DNA of 64,000 bases, from NCBI GenBank assembly GCA_002811645.1, contig PDIP01000122.1, positions 118,060-182,059 of the forward strand, given 5' to 3'. Below, piece by piece: positions 11,015-20,639 of the stretch; position 1 is the first letter of the stretch; each line of letters opens with the position of its first letter. Made by a program: the position numbers and the translations under genes. This stretch comes from Corallochytrium limacisporum Hawaii (lineage: Eukaryota > Protista > Pluriformea). Under the pieces are notes generated by a model. It was given only the letters and a program-made list of their open reading frames with translations. It ran no database searches and was not told where the DNA came from.

Positions 11015-11353
11015 TCAAGATTTATTTTGATTTGTTAATGCTTCAAACATCATACGTTCACCTTCTAGTGCTTCCAATTGTTCTAATGAACCGAGAACTT
11101 CCTTGAAGAGCCTGGTGGCGACTTCACCAACATAACTGGTCTCCTGCAACTGGTTTTGCATTGTCGACAGGTTGATTACATCTTTGGTAAGCGTATTGGT
11201 ATTAGCCCAGAGTTTAGCTTCCGCGGAGCACACTGCTGCATAGTTTTCATCCAGTTGTTTCGAACTATTTAGTATTTCTTTCTGTTGTTTTACCTCAGTC
11301 ACATCCTGTGATACTGCACTTTGACGCCTTCGGCTCTTCAAAAACTCTAGCAT
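11015..11353 (-). CDS. Small helical/coiled-coil protein (112 aa from ATG at 11353), weakly reminiscent of BLOC-1/BORC subunits
   Basis: MLEFLKSRRRQ...FKEVLGSLEQLE, amphipathic helical composition, not shadowing another gene. Family call is tentative. Confidence 0.45.
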   Translation of the reverse strand: MLEFLKSRRRQSAVSQDVTEVKQQKEILNSSKQLDENYAAVCSAEAKLWANTNTLTKDVINLSTMQNQLQETSYVGEVATRLFKEVLGSLEQLEALEGERMMFEALTNQNKS

Positions 11354-11685
11354 TGCTTTCTTTTCCGCGCCTACTTCGCTATAAAATTGGGGAGCATCCC
11401 GATAAACAAAGCACATCCAGCGTAGTCGATCAGAATAACACATTTCATACCTTTGACCGGCATGTTTGTCTCACAAGTGCTACTTCTTGTATGGCAATGC
11501 ATCGGTAGAGATGCATTTTCCTACAAAGCGGAGGAACCGCTGCCTGCGAAAAGAACCTGCTATGCAGAAAAACAATTTCGTGGGCCAGAAATTGGGAGGG
11601 ATCCTCAGGAATTCGATTGTGATACTTATGGGTACGTAAATATGATATTATCAATATATTCTCCAGCTCATTGGTGTTTCTTAAC

Positions 11686-14600
11686 TTATTCTTCACCTTC
11701 GCCCACAATGTCGGCCTCGGCCCTGTCTGCGTCTCCCTCAGTGTGGGGCTCTTCGGCAGCGTTAGTTTCCGCCTCCTCAGCACCCCCAGTGGAAGGATCG
11801 ACAGCGGTTTTTGGTGCGCTTGGAGCAGTGGCTGCAATGTTACTCAGATTGCTCTTGAATGCCTTCAAGTGCTCGTCGTCGGCCAGCAGGGACATGTCCA
11901 CCTTCTCTTCTAGTTGGTCAATCCAAGACAGCAAGACGCGAGCATCCTGGGGGATAAGCAGTCGGCTCAGCTCCTGCACGCACACCAAATACCTGACGTC
12001 TGCGTCTTGACTGCCGATTAGTCCAAAGGCACGCTTGATCATACGCTTATGTACCTCGTTGACGGCATCCCGAGTCTTCAGATTGTCAATGCCGAAAGTT
12101 GGAGCCAGTTTCTTCACGAATGCAATGGCTGAATCATTGGACTCTTCAAGATGAATTGCTGTAGCTTCAAGGGCAAGCTGGGCAAAGTCAGCCGGTCCAT
12201 CTTCACGCAGACGTTTGAAGAATTCTCTGTAGACTTGCTGGAACTGATCCTGGACCTGAGGATACATGGCTACAATGCCCGCAACCGAAACTGTAGGCAT
12301 AATATCTGTCATTGCCATCTTGAAGACGCACGCAAGGACCTTGGCGCCCGCTACCAAAGCCTCCTCAGTAACTTCCTCTTCCTCCTTGAAGACGATGGCG
12401 TCTACAACATGTTGCACAAGTTGCGCTCTCACTGTGTTGCTGGGCGTGATCACATTGAGCTCCATCTCCAGAGCGTGTGTGTTGTAGGTGATACACAGGT
12501 CGCACATCGACAGAGACATCTCTGTCATCAGGCGATCTGATGTATCCGGATTTGTGACAATAGCTTCTATCTCCTCCATGATCTTGGCTACGTATTCTGC
12601 AAGTCCACCATCGCGATCCTTATCAGCAGCTGCCCAGAAAACATTTTGGACCAATCCCTCTACGGCATATGACACAAGGTCATCGGAATCATTCTTGCGG
12701 CTCTTGACAATCTCCAACAAGTGATTCAGGATCTCAGGCTGATTGAGGATCGAGTGATGGAGGATGAGCGCGTGCGCCATGCTGACCGCCAGTTCAACGT
12801 CGTACAGGGCTTCCTTCTCGTTCTCAGCAGCAGTCTGCAGCTTTGCAGTAACGGTTTGGCTGAGCGAGTGCAGACTTGCTTGCATGCGGCTGGACAGAGG
12901 CTCACCTAATTTGAGCAGGGTGATATAAGCTTTGCTGATTTGCAGGATCACGTCGCGACTTGGGTGCTTGAGGAAGGTCTGGTTGAACAGATTGACAGCA
13001 GTTGTGACGGTCTCAATTGCGTCGGCGTCGCCGAGGAGATTGATATCGAAGTCTTCGACGAGGCCAACCAGGTTTGCAAAGGCTTCTGCATCGCTGCTGA
13101 ATCGATCGAGAAAAGCAGACCATTCAGCGAGCACAACTTGTGTCACATGACGTCGCTTCTCGTCGTAGTCTTTCTGCTGCTTCTGAGTGAACTTTGTGGT
13201 ACCACGGCGTCCCGGTAGATCTAACTTTCCGCAGTATTTCTTCACAGAGTACACGAGCATGTCCACAAGAGTGCGCTCGATGTCGGCAGAGATCTTCGGT
13301 AAATCGTGAGACTGCAGCAAGGCAACAAACTCTTCGTAATTTTTGATGGCCGAGAAAGCATTCCACAAGGTGTCAATGTAGTAAGCACTTTCCTGAACAT
13401 CCGGTGCCTTGGAGACCATGAAGCTCGCCAACGCCACAATATCCTTCTGATCAGTTGTTAAACGGCTCTCCAATTCCCGTGACGCCTTTGCACCCTTTGC
13501 CTTCCTAGACGACTTTTGCTTATCCAAGGCGTCTTCAATAAACCGAGATCGGGTGTCCTCAACGAGATATGTGCGAAGGTGACGAGCACCGGCCCGACTG
13601 ATACCACGATCTTCACAGAAAACAAGCAAGCAAATACCCTCGATTTGCTCCTCGCTTAAAGCGTCTTCGAAGGAAGCGTTCATCAGCTCTACTGTCTTCA
13701 TGGCTTCAACTGCAACAGATGCCTCGATATCGTTGACCATCTCCACAATCCTGGCCTTGAACTTCTCCACAAATAGCCGAAGACGATCCAAATGGCCCTT
13801 TTGCATAACGGTGTTCAGAGACTCAAGCGCAGTGTGGCGAACTTCCTTGGCCTTGTCACTCAGAAGCCATCCAATGTACTTGAGGAACTGATCGCTGAAG
13901 AAGTAGTCAGGCAATGCAAGCATCCAAACGGAGAGGCATGAGAGGGACATTTCACGGATCTCAGGGGCTGAGTCACGGTAGCGATGTTGGAAGGTACCAG
14001 AGAACCATTGCTTTTGTAGAATATCCCACACAACTTCATTCCGCTCTTCCATTGACTCCAGCTGTTTTTCCATGTGAGTCCTCCGATCAGTCTTTGTCTT
14101 TTTGCTCGAGGTTTTCTTCTGTTCTGTACTAAGTGTCTTGCGCAACTGTTCACATTCGCGAGTATTTTCGGCAATGTAAGCAACCATTCCGTTCATAATC
14201 ATGTACGCCACAAACGTCGAAGTGTGACGAACTGCACGGACATCACTAAGTGTACCCTGAATAACCCATTGTGCAAGGTCATCGATGACAGTGCGATGTA
14301 TGTTGGAAGAAAGGCTCAGAAGTCGTTGCACGAGGCTGGTCCAGAACGCATCGAGATTGTTGCGAAGAACCTTGGTTTCCTTAGCGGACGCATTCTTCAG
14401 TTTATATTCAGCTCCTGCGCTCTCAGGAATCGAGTCAACTATTTCCGCCATAAGTTCTTGTACTTCTGACGCTTCAAGATGCGCTGCACTGCTTACTCCG
14501 CTCTCACATCCGCACAATTCCAAGTGAAAATTTATCAACTCCGTCACAGCAGCAGCTGATTTCTTCTCTTTGAACAGATCAATGATGTCAGCGACGGTGT

Positions 14601-14925
14601 TCTCCACGGCAGCATCCGCTTCGAGAAAGAGACCTAAAAAACTGTCTTTACGCTTTGCGGGCTTGCTTGCCTGCTTGCGTGCAGGTCGCTTTGCAGGCTG
14701 AGCAGGCCCCGTGGCAGCTCGTTTCCCAGAAGATTTGTTACTCTTGGTGGACTTGCTCTGTTTCGAAGCATTCTGTGCGCCTTGATCATCCTGATTTCGT
14801 GTCTTCGCCCTCTTCGGTGTCGTATCTTCTCCAATGTTTTCCAAGACGCGCTTCACAGGTTGCCGCGACGAGCGGCGTGGACCTTCCTGTGATTCCATAG
14901 GTTCTGATAGAGTTAGTGCAGGCAT
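11686..14925 (-). CDS. SCC3: Cohesin subunit SA/STAG (Scc3)
   Basis: STAG domain (RAVRHTST), SCD motif FxHRYRD..EIR, LKYIGWLLSDK..VR, HEAT-like helices; 1079 aa. Confidence 0.95.
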   Translation of the reverse strand: MPALTLSEPMESQEGPRRSSRQPVKRVLENIGEDTTPKRAKTRNQDDQGAQNASKQSKSTKSNKSSGKRAATGPAQPAKRPARKQASKPAKRKDSFLGLFLEADAAVENTVADIIDLFKEKKSAAAVTELINFHLELCGCESGVSSAAHLEASEVQELMAEIVDSIPESAGAEYKLKNASAKETKVLRNNLDAFWTSLVQRLLSLSSNIHRTVIDDLAQWVIQGTLSDVRAVRHTSTFVAYMIMNGMVAYIAENTRECEQLRKTLSTEQKKTSSKKTKTDRRTHMEKQLESMEERNEVVWDILQKQWFSGTFQHRYRDSAPEIREMSLSCLSVWMLALPDYFFSDQFLKYIGWLLSDKAKEVRHTALESLNTVMQKGHLDRLRLFVEKFKARIVEMVNDIEASVAVEAMKTVELMNASFEDALSEEQIEGICLLVFCEDRGISRAGARHLRTYLVEDTRSRFIEDALDKQKSSRKAKGAKASRELESRLTTDQKDIVALASFMVSKAPDVQESAYYIDTLWNAFSAIKNYEEFVALLQSHDLPKISADIERTLVDMLVYSVKKYCGKLDLPGRRGTTKFTQKQQKDYDEKRRHVTQVVLAEWSAFLDRFSSDAEAFANLVGLVEDFDINLLGDADAIETVTTAVNLFNQTFLKHPSRDVILQISKAYITLLKLGEPLSSRMQASLHSLSQTVTAKLQTAAENEKEALYDVELAVSMAHALILHHSILNQPEILNHLLEIVKSRKNDSDDLVSYAVEGLVQNVFWAAADKDRDGGLAEYVAKIMEEIEAIVTNPDTSDRLMTEMSLSMCDLCITYNTHALEMELNVITPSNTVRAQLVQHVVDAIVFKEEEEVTEEALVAGAKVLACVFKMAMTDIMPTVSVAGIVAMYPQVQDQFQQVYREFFKRLREDGPADFAQLALEATAIHLEESNDSAIAFVKKLAPTFGIDNLKTRDAVNEVHKRMIKRAFGLIGSQDADVRYLVCVQELSRLLIPQDARVLLSWIDQLEEKVDMSLLADDEHLKAFKSNLSNIAATAPSAPKTAVDPSTGGAEEAETNAAEEPHTEGDADRAEADIVGEGEE

Positions 14926-17065
14926 ATTTTTCGATCCTCGACAAGCTGCCTACCGCAAACTCTGTAGTGTCTCACTGTCGAAACAATATATTTTGTTTAG
15001 TACCTGGTTTGAAAAAGCTTCGTGAGTTTTCACCTTTCGACATCATGTAAAGTGACGAATTTCAAGTTCCGCCTTCAAGTCACCAAAGTCTCAATGGTCT
15101 CGGATATATGGATAACCCTCATCGCCCTGGGGGTCTAGTAACCCTATGTGGGGCCGGGTGATTGCGTTCGAGTGGGTGATCGTCTGTGTAAAGTCTCACT
15201 CAAACTGTGCGCTCCAAAACTTTCAGAAATTTGGCGCGAGTGTTCCGGGCAGAGAGACCACCCCCCGACCCCGGGGGATCCCTTTTTCTGTGCCCCCCTG
15301 AGCTGATTTGGCTTTCCTTGGTGGGACTACCGCGTTGCGTCCAGAATATGTTTCCGTGCGCTTTACAGCATCCTTTGATACTCAGCCAGTTCTTCTTCAA
15401 TACCCAAAAAATATGGGTGGTCTTGCGCAGGGGAAGGGGGTTAGTGACTTTCGCGCCAATTATCCAAGGGGCCAAAATCTCAACCAAGTTCCCCAAAAGG
15501 GATTTGGGAGTGGAGACTTTAATTGTGCAGATCAAGGACGGTTTGAATAAATCCATTAGCATACAAATGTCCATTATAGCCATTGACGCGAGTATAATCA
15601 ACAGTAGAGCAGTTTGATCCCCAGACCACAGATTTTGTCGTGCTTCCTGCCGAAAATGTACAAACTGCACAAAGAATTTTCAATATCGTGGACGCAGACT
15701 AAATTTACATAAAGTGCTCCCTGTCTTGCCAGTAGATACGCAAAGAATGAGTTATTATTCATGGCTGTACTACGCAGGGGGATGCAAATCCTATTTGAAA
15801 TCTAAGCCGTAAAATCGGACCCAATTCTACTCACAATTTCATTATGTCACATAATCTTTTGGCAAATTGAATTTCAAAATTGTACATTCTGCGGAATTGA
15901 ATTAATGTTTCTGCTCGTCGATGCTGTAGGTCTGGATGATGTACATTGAGCACAATCGTAATTGTTAAGGAATAGTTGTCGTCTCGCAATTCACTTATAA
16001 ATTTCATTGTTTGTGTTCTGAAAGCTTTACCTTTAGTGGCGCTTCATTGATGCATTAGTGACTGCATTTTCCAGCTCATTGACACCGGGTTGATTACGTG
16101 AACTTATCTTCTGCGATTCACACCGTGTGTTTTGGACTATGAAATATTGTTACATCATATATATTTGCAAGTTTATTTTCTTTTTAGAAAGAATTTAAAT
16201 CTGTTTCCTGTTCGTCAAGCATCACTCACCGGAAACATGACATTCTTGGTTGCTCATGCATTTCCTTTTCCGTGGTTTCGCTTCCCCGCGCCTCTTCGCC
16301 ATCCCCCGCCCCCGGCCGGCACACACAGACACACGCACGCACTTGGACCAACCATCCCAACCCCGTTCGGACAATCTCATTCCAGTTGGGCGGGAAAATT
16401 TCCTGCTATAAAATAGACTACCACAATTGAAGATGACCTCTTGTCCCAAAATGACGAGCGATCCCACTGCTGCTAGGAGGACCACCTGCCAAAACAGCGG
16501 GAGAAAAATAAAACTCAGCAGGGAAAACAGTCAACAGCTCTTGCAAAGCATGTAGGTGAGAGTGGCCAGCGGAGAGCTCTGTAGAGTGGAACCTGAATAG
16601 CGTCGTACATATAGGCAGCAAATCAATCAACGCCACTGGGAGACTCTTCGTCATCTCGTGCTGGAGATACGCGTGCGGCACTCGCGTCCCATATTCTCTT
16701 GTCTGGCTTTTTCCCCTCAACCCCCTCCCTCCTCCCTCAGTTTCCACGAGTTGGTGCATTTTCTATTTGTACCTGTAGTCTGCTAAACGTGTTATGGTAG
16801 AGTCCTTGGTCACAGATATACGCGCTTTCCTCCTTTCTGCTGCTTGGTTGGTGTGATCTGCTTTGAAACGAGCACATCCCTCGCTACCCTCCTAGCGACA
16901 TCACCCCTACTCGTGGAGCTGATTTTCATACAATGCTTGTGAGTTACTGCTGGATTTCAAGCTATATCACCATAGCTATGGAAAGACCAACGGTAGCATG
17001 TCATATTGATGATCTGAAGGCGGCCATACTGGAATGAAGATTATCCCGGGAAACGGTTCAGCAAG

Positions 17066-18631
17066 ATGCCTGTATCAGACACTGGCAGTACTAGGGTGAA
17101 TCTGCCGGTGACTGCGGCAAAGCCCGAAGAGGTTATCGTGTCCATGGATGGTGAATGGATGGAGCATTTCGCATACAATAGCCATGTGGATAAGAATCTT
17201 CTCTGTGGCATCTGTGGAGACCCTTTCCTGGACCCTGTAGAAACCACAGAGTGCCACCACACTTTCTGCCACAGGTGCATTTCACGATGGGTCGCTCAGA
17301 AGAGTGTATGTCCCTATGACCAGAACATGCTTACGCCGGATACGGTCCAAAGGGTAACGGCCGCGATTGTGCTGAAGCAACTTGATGACTTAGAGGTCCA
17401 GTGCAATGAATGTGGAAGCGTTTGTGTTCGGAAGGAAGGGGAGCAGCATCTGCAACGCTTCCATGGTAGTATTGCCTCCACTCCAGCACCGGTCTCATTG
17501 TCCAAAGTTGCGAAGAGGAAGGGCAAAGGTAAGTCAAATGTCAATGTGTCGGACGATGATGATGAGCCGGGAAGTTCCGAAGTCTCCGCGCAGATTGCTG
17601 TGAACTCGACGCTCAATGACAGTGTGGCATCAGAAGTACAGTCGGGCAGTGTACTCTACGAGTATTTCCCTGGCATCTACCACAAGCTTCCTGATTTTAC
17701 TCGGCTCACGAGTAACCAGTCTGGACTAACACAGGGAATTGATCTGCATGGCTTACTGGATAAGAATGTGATCAAAAAGTCAACGAACTCAGTGACCGAT
17801 GAAATGGAAGATTTTGCTGTGCGCTTCACCGGTGAGATTCTGATTGAAAAGCATGGTGTCTACACCTTCTACTCCACTTCCAATGATGGCAGTCAAATTT
17901 ACATTAATGGTTCCCTCGTCGTGGACAACGATGGCATGCACTACGCTCAAGAGAAGCAAGGCACCGTTGTTTTGGATCCAGGATATCACTTCCTCGCTGT
18001 TCACTACTTCCATCGCAACGGCAAATTGCTAGAGGGCATCCGTCAGGGACCCGTTCTCTCAGTCTCATACTACTGCCATAGTGACAGCTACTGGGGCTTC
18101 CGCCAGACTTTGATTGAGAAGAAGGAGATTCCCCTCAATGTTCTGCGTTCCGGATTCAAGAATGAGAAGGCGAAGGATTTCAAGGGTAAGGTTAACCTCA
18201 GCTATGGTTCTGATACGGAGGCTGGAGAGCTTGCCAGTGCCATGGAACAAAGCGAAATGACAGAGAACCAGCGTCTGCGAGAGAGTATTGCTCGTTTGCA
18301 GAGGGAGTTGCAGCGAGTCAAGACTGAACGTGACATGCTCTCGGAACAGTTGAACGAGATTGCCAACAATGTTGGTACGTCCACGCCGAGTTCTTCTACT
18401 CCAACTACGCACCGAGAGTCTATTTCTGTGCGTACCACGGGCTTTATGCATGCTGGCCGCGATGAACTGGCAGAGTTGTATTTCTCCACTCTAGGCCTGC
18501 TGCTTAAGCGGTCTATGGAGTGCGAGAACAGTGTGATGATCAACGATTTATGGGAAAAGTGCCAGGACCACGCTATTCCCATCAATGAATGGCCGCAATT
18601 CTTCATGAACGAGTTCAGCCGCATTCGGTAA
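17066..18631 (+). CDS. RING finger (C3HC3D) + zinc finger + PA14 domain + coiled-coil protein
   Basis: CGIC...CHHTFCHRC...CPYD RING; CNEC...HLQRFH finger; FAVRFTGEILI..GVYTFY.TSNDGSQIYING.LVVDNDGMH...G.H.L.V.YF PA14 signature; heptad segment. Confidence 0.85.
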   Translation: MPVSDTGSTRVNLPVTAAKPEEVIVSMDGEWMEHFAYNSHVDKNLLCGICGDPFLDPVETTECHHTFCHRCISRWVAQKSVCPYDQNMLTPDTVQRVTAAIVLKQLDDLEVQCNECGSVCVRKEGEQHLQRFHGSIASTPAPVSLSKVAKRKGKGKSNVNVSDDDDEPGSSEVSAQIAVNSTLNDSVASEVQSGSVLYEYFPGIYHKLPDFTRLTSNQSGLTQGIDLHGLLDKNVIKKSTNSVTDEMEDFAVRFTGEILIEKHGVYTFYSTSNDGSQIYINGSLVVDNDGMHYAQEKQGTVVLDPGYHFLAVHYFHRNGKLLEGIRQGPVLSVSYYCHSDSYWGFRQTLIEKKEIPLNVLRSGFKNEKAKDFKGKVNLSYGSDTEAGELASAMEQSEMTENQRLRESIARLQRELQRVKTERDMLSEQLNEIANNVGTSTPSSSTPTTHRESISVRTTGFMHAGRDELAELYFSTLGLLLKRSMECENSVMINDLWEKCQDHAIPINEWPQFFMNEFSRIR

Positions 18632-18756
18632 ACATATCCAACACCTCTTAGTTCTCATTGGGCATAGAAATGCAGAAATGATCTTCATGCGTATGCCTAA
18701 TAAACTAACTTTTTCTTTATTATGTATAGAAACACAGGCTGTCTGTTCGCAGGCAA

Positions 18757-19758
18757 CTATGAGCCAGGGACCCACAGGCCGGAGTCAATGCACCGTTGCA
18801 TGTGATACTCGGCATCCTTGGGATCCATACTTGTCAGCACTTCCTTGAGGACGTCGATGTCTCTGCTCTCGAATGCCTGTCGCAGCTCCTCCGGCAGCGA
18901 TTCAGCTACTTCGATAGGATCCAGGCCACCTGGTCCCATGCGTTCCTCCTTACTAAGCTCCTCCCCTTCCTGCAAAGCCTCGTCAAGGCGCTCCTTAGCA
19001 CGTTTTTTGACCCGGTCGATCAAGGCCGAAAGCTCATCATTAAATGCCTCCTGGTACTCCTTTTCGGCATCCTTGATCTTGCGGAAAAAGGTCGGAAAGA
19101 TGTTCCGGGCAGGCTGCTTCGCCGTCTTGGCCAATTCATTGATGTACTGCATGACCACAGTCTGATGGGCTACGCGCTTCATGAGCTCCGTCTTCCCCTC
19201 AACCTGCAGATCCACACACCAAATCACTAGGTAGCTTCCGGTATGTTCACAGGCCAGATAAGGATGATCGGCGAGGTAGGCCGCTGATTCTTCATTCTTG
19301 CTCAGCATTCCGAAATGCTTGATCTCCTCCTCATATTTCTTGAAAAACTCCTGCATGTCACCAAGTTCATCCATAGGCTTGGTCTCCTTGGACTGGTCAG
19401 TCTTATTGATCCGAGCCTTGTCAAAGCCATCTTTGCTGATGTTTCGCACGCTCCAACGAGGGTGCTTCTTCTCGTATTCTTCCTTTTCTTGAAGAAGCTT
19501 GTTCTGCTTTTCAAATGCTTCCTTGGCCTTCTTGATTTCAGTCTCTGGGGCACCATAGGTTTGCAGCGAGTCGTACTTCTTTCGCAAGTCTTCAACGTCC
19601 ATTTGCAACTTTGTGAATGCTGCAGCTTCCTCCTCTTCCCTCTTCACGTTGGCTTCGTGACGCCATTTAAACAGGGATGCCTTGTCAATGTTGGGGTGAG
19701 TGTCATCCTCATCGTCACTCACGTCGATGTGATCCCACTTGCTGTAGTCAATGGGCAT
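18757..19758 (-). CDS. CDC37: Hsp90 co-chaperone Cdc37
   Basis: MPIDYSKWDHIDVSDDEDDTHPNID.ASLF.WRH, GPGGLDP.EV.ESLP and HMQRCIDSGLWVP. Confidence 0.97.
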   Translation of the reverse strand: MPIDYSKWDHIDVSDDEDDTHPNIDKASLFKWRHEANVKREEEEAAAFTKLQMDVEDLRKKYDSLQTYGAPETEIKKAKEAFEKQNKLLQEKEEYEKKHPRWSVRNISKDGFDKARINKTDQSKETKPMDELGDMQEFFKKYEEEIKHFGMLSKNEESAAYLADHPYLACEHTGSYLVIWCVDLQVEGKTELMKRVAHQTVVMQYINELAKTAKQPARNIFPTFFRKIKDAEKEYQEAFNDELSALIDRVKKRAKERLDEALQEGEELSKEERMGPGGLDPIEVAESLPEELRQAFESRDIDVLKEVLTSMDPKDAEYHMQRCIDSGLWVPGS

Positions 19759-20294
19759 GGCGGCAAAATGCAGTAAATTTTCTGCTGGTTATCCTTAGAT
19801 CCATCTACAAACCCACACGATCAACAACAATTCAGCAATGTGCTGGAAATCCCGGCAACCGTTCTCTTCCGAAATAGCCACAACATTCCATGGATTCCCC
19901 CCACCAACAAAGCTCCTCACCCTGCCTTCTTGCTTCCAAAGGCCAGATGAACTTTGGGAAAAACACGAAATGGGGGACGGAAAATATTAAAGTCAATCGC
20001 AGTGGACGTTGTCGACCCCTATGCATTCTGTGATCGCGAACAATTGTGCGATTTGGACAGCTGGAAGGGGACCTGGCCCCGAGCAGTTATCAAGCTGCCA
20101 ATGGTTCTCCCAAAATATCATGGAAACGGTGGCCAAGTTGGCCGTTGACTGGGGATATAGCTGTCCATTGCCTACTTCAGGAGCAGTTCCAGGGCTGTAC
20201 GTAGTGACAACCTCCTGTCATTCTCACATGGCAAGAAAATCGGTTGAAATCGACATTTTTCATCAAATTGAAATGACCGAGGGGTGCATACACC

Positions 20295-20612
20295 ATGGCA
20301 GATATTCCAGGACCGAAGGTTTCGGTTATCGTTCGGGTATTGAACTCCAACCGGGACCATAAGGCAGAAACCATCCCCATAGACGACACTTTCAAAAGTG
20401 AAATAGCTAATGCGGACACAGGAGCTGCTGCGAGTGATCCTTTCTCAGGAATGTCCACTGAACAATTTATTGAACTATGTGAAGACAATCTGTTAGACTG
20501 GACCGCCATTGCCCGCAGGTTGAGAACCACGGAGGAGGCATGTCGGAAGCACTACCTGTCCAGCAGGAATGCAGCTAGCATGAATGGCAGTGGTACGGGA
20601 CAGGGGTCTTAG
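20295..20612 (+). CDS. Small single Myb/SANT-like domain protein
   Basis: Strong start context accATGg. QFIELC....DWTAIARRL.TTEEACRKHY fits Myb helices 1-3. Divergent from CDC37. Confidence 0.6.
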   Translation: MADIPGPKVSVIVRVLNSNRDHKAETIPIDDTFKSEIANADTGAAASDPFSGMSTEQFIELCEDNLLDWTAIARRLRTTEEACRKHYLSSRNAASMNGSGTGQGS

Positions 20613-20639
20613 GCGATACAGCATGGGGAATGTATTAGC

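Noticed and set aside
15200-15670. 156-aa and 136-aa overlapping ORFs upstream of SCC3
   Set aside because: They have non-ATG starts, run through promoter-like C/G tracts and show no domain signal.
20295-20612. Small Myb protein as the p2 partner of the 6mA complex
   Set aside because: It lacks the FGVG.W and ELE.R features I recall for p2, and looks like a generic Myb/SANT repeat.
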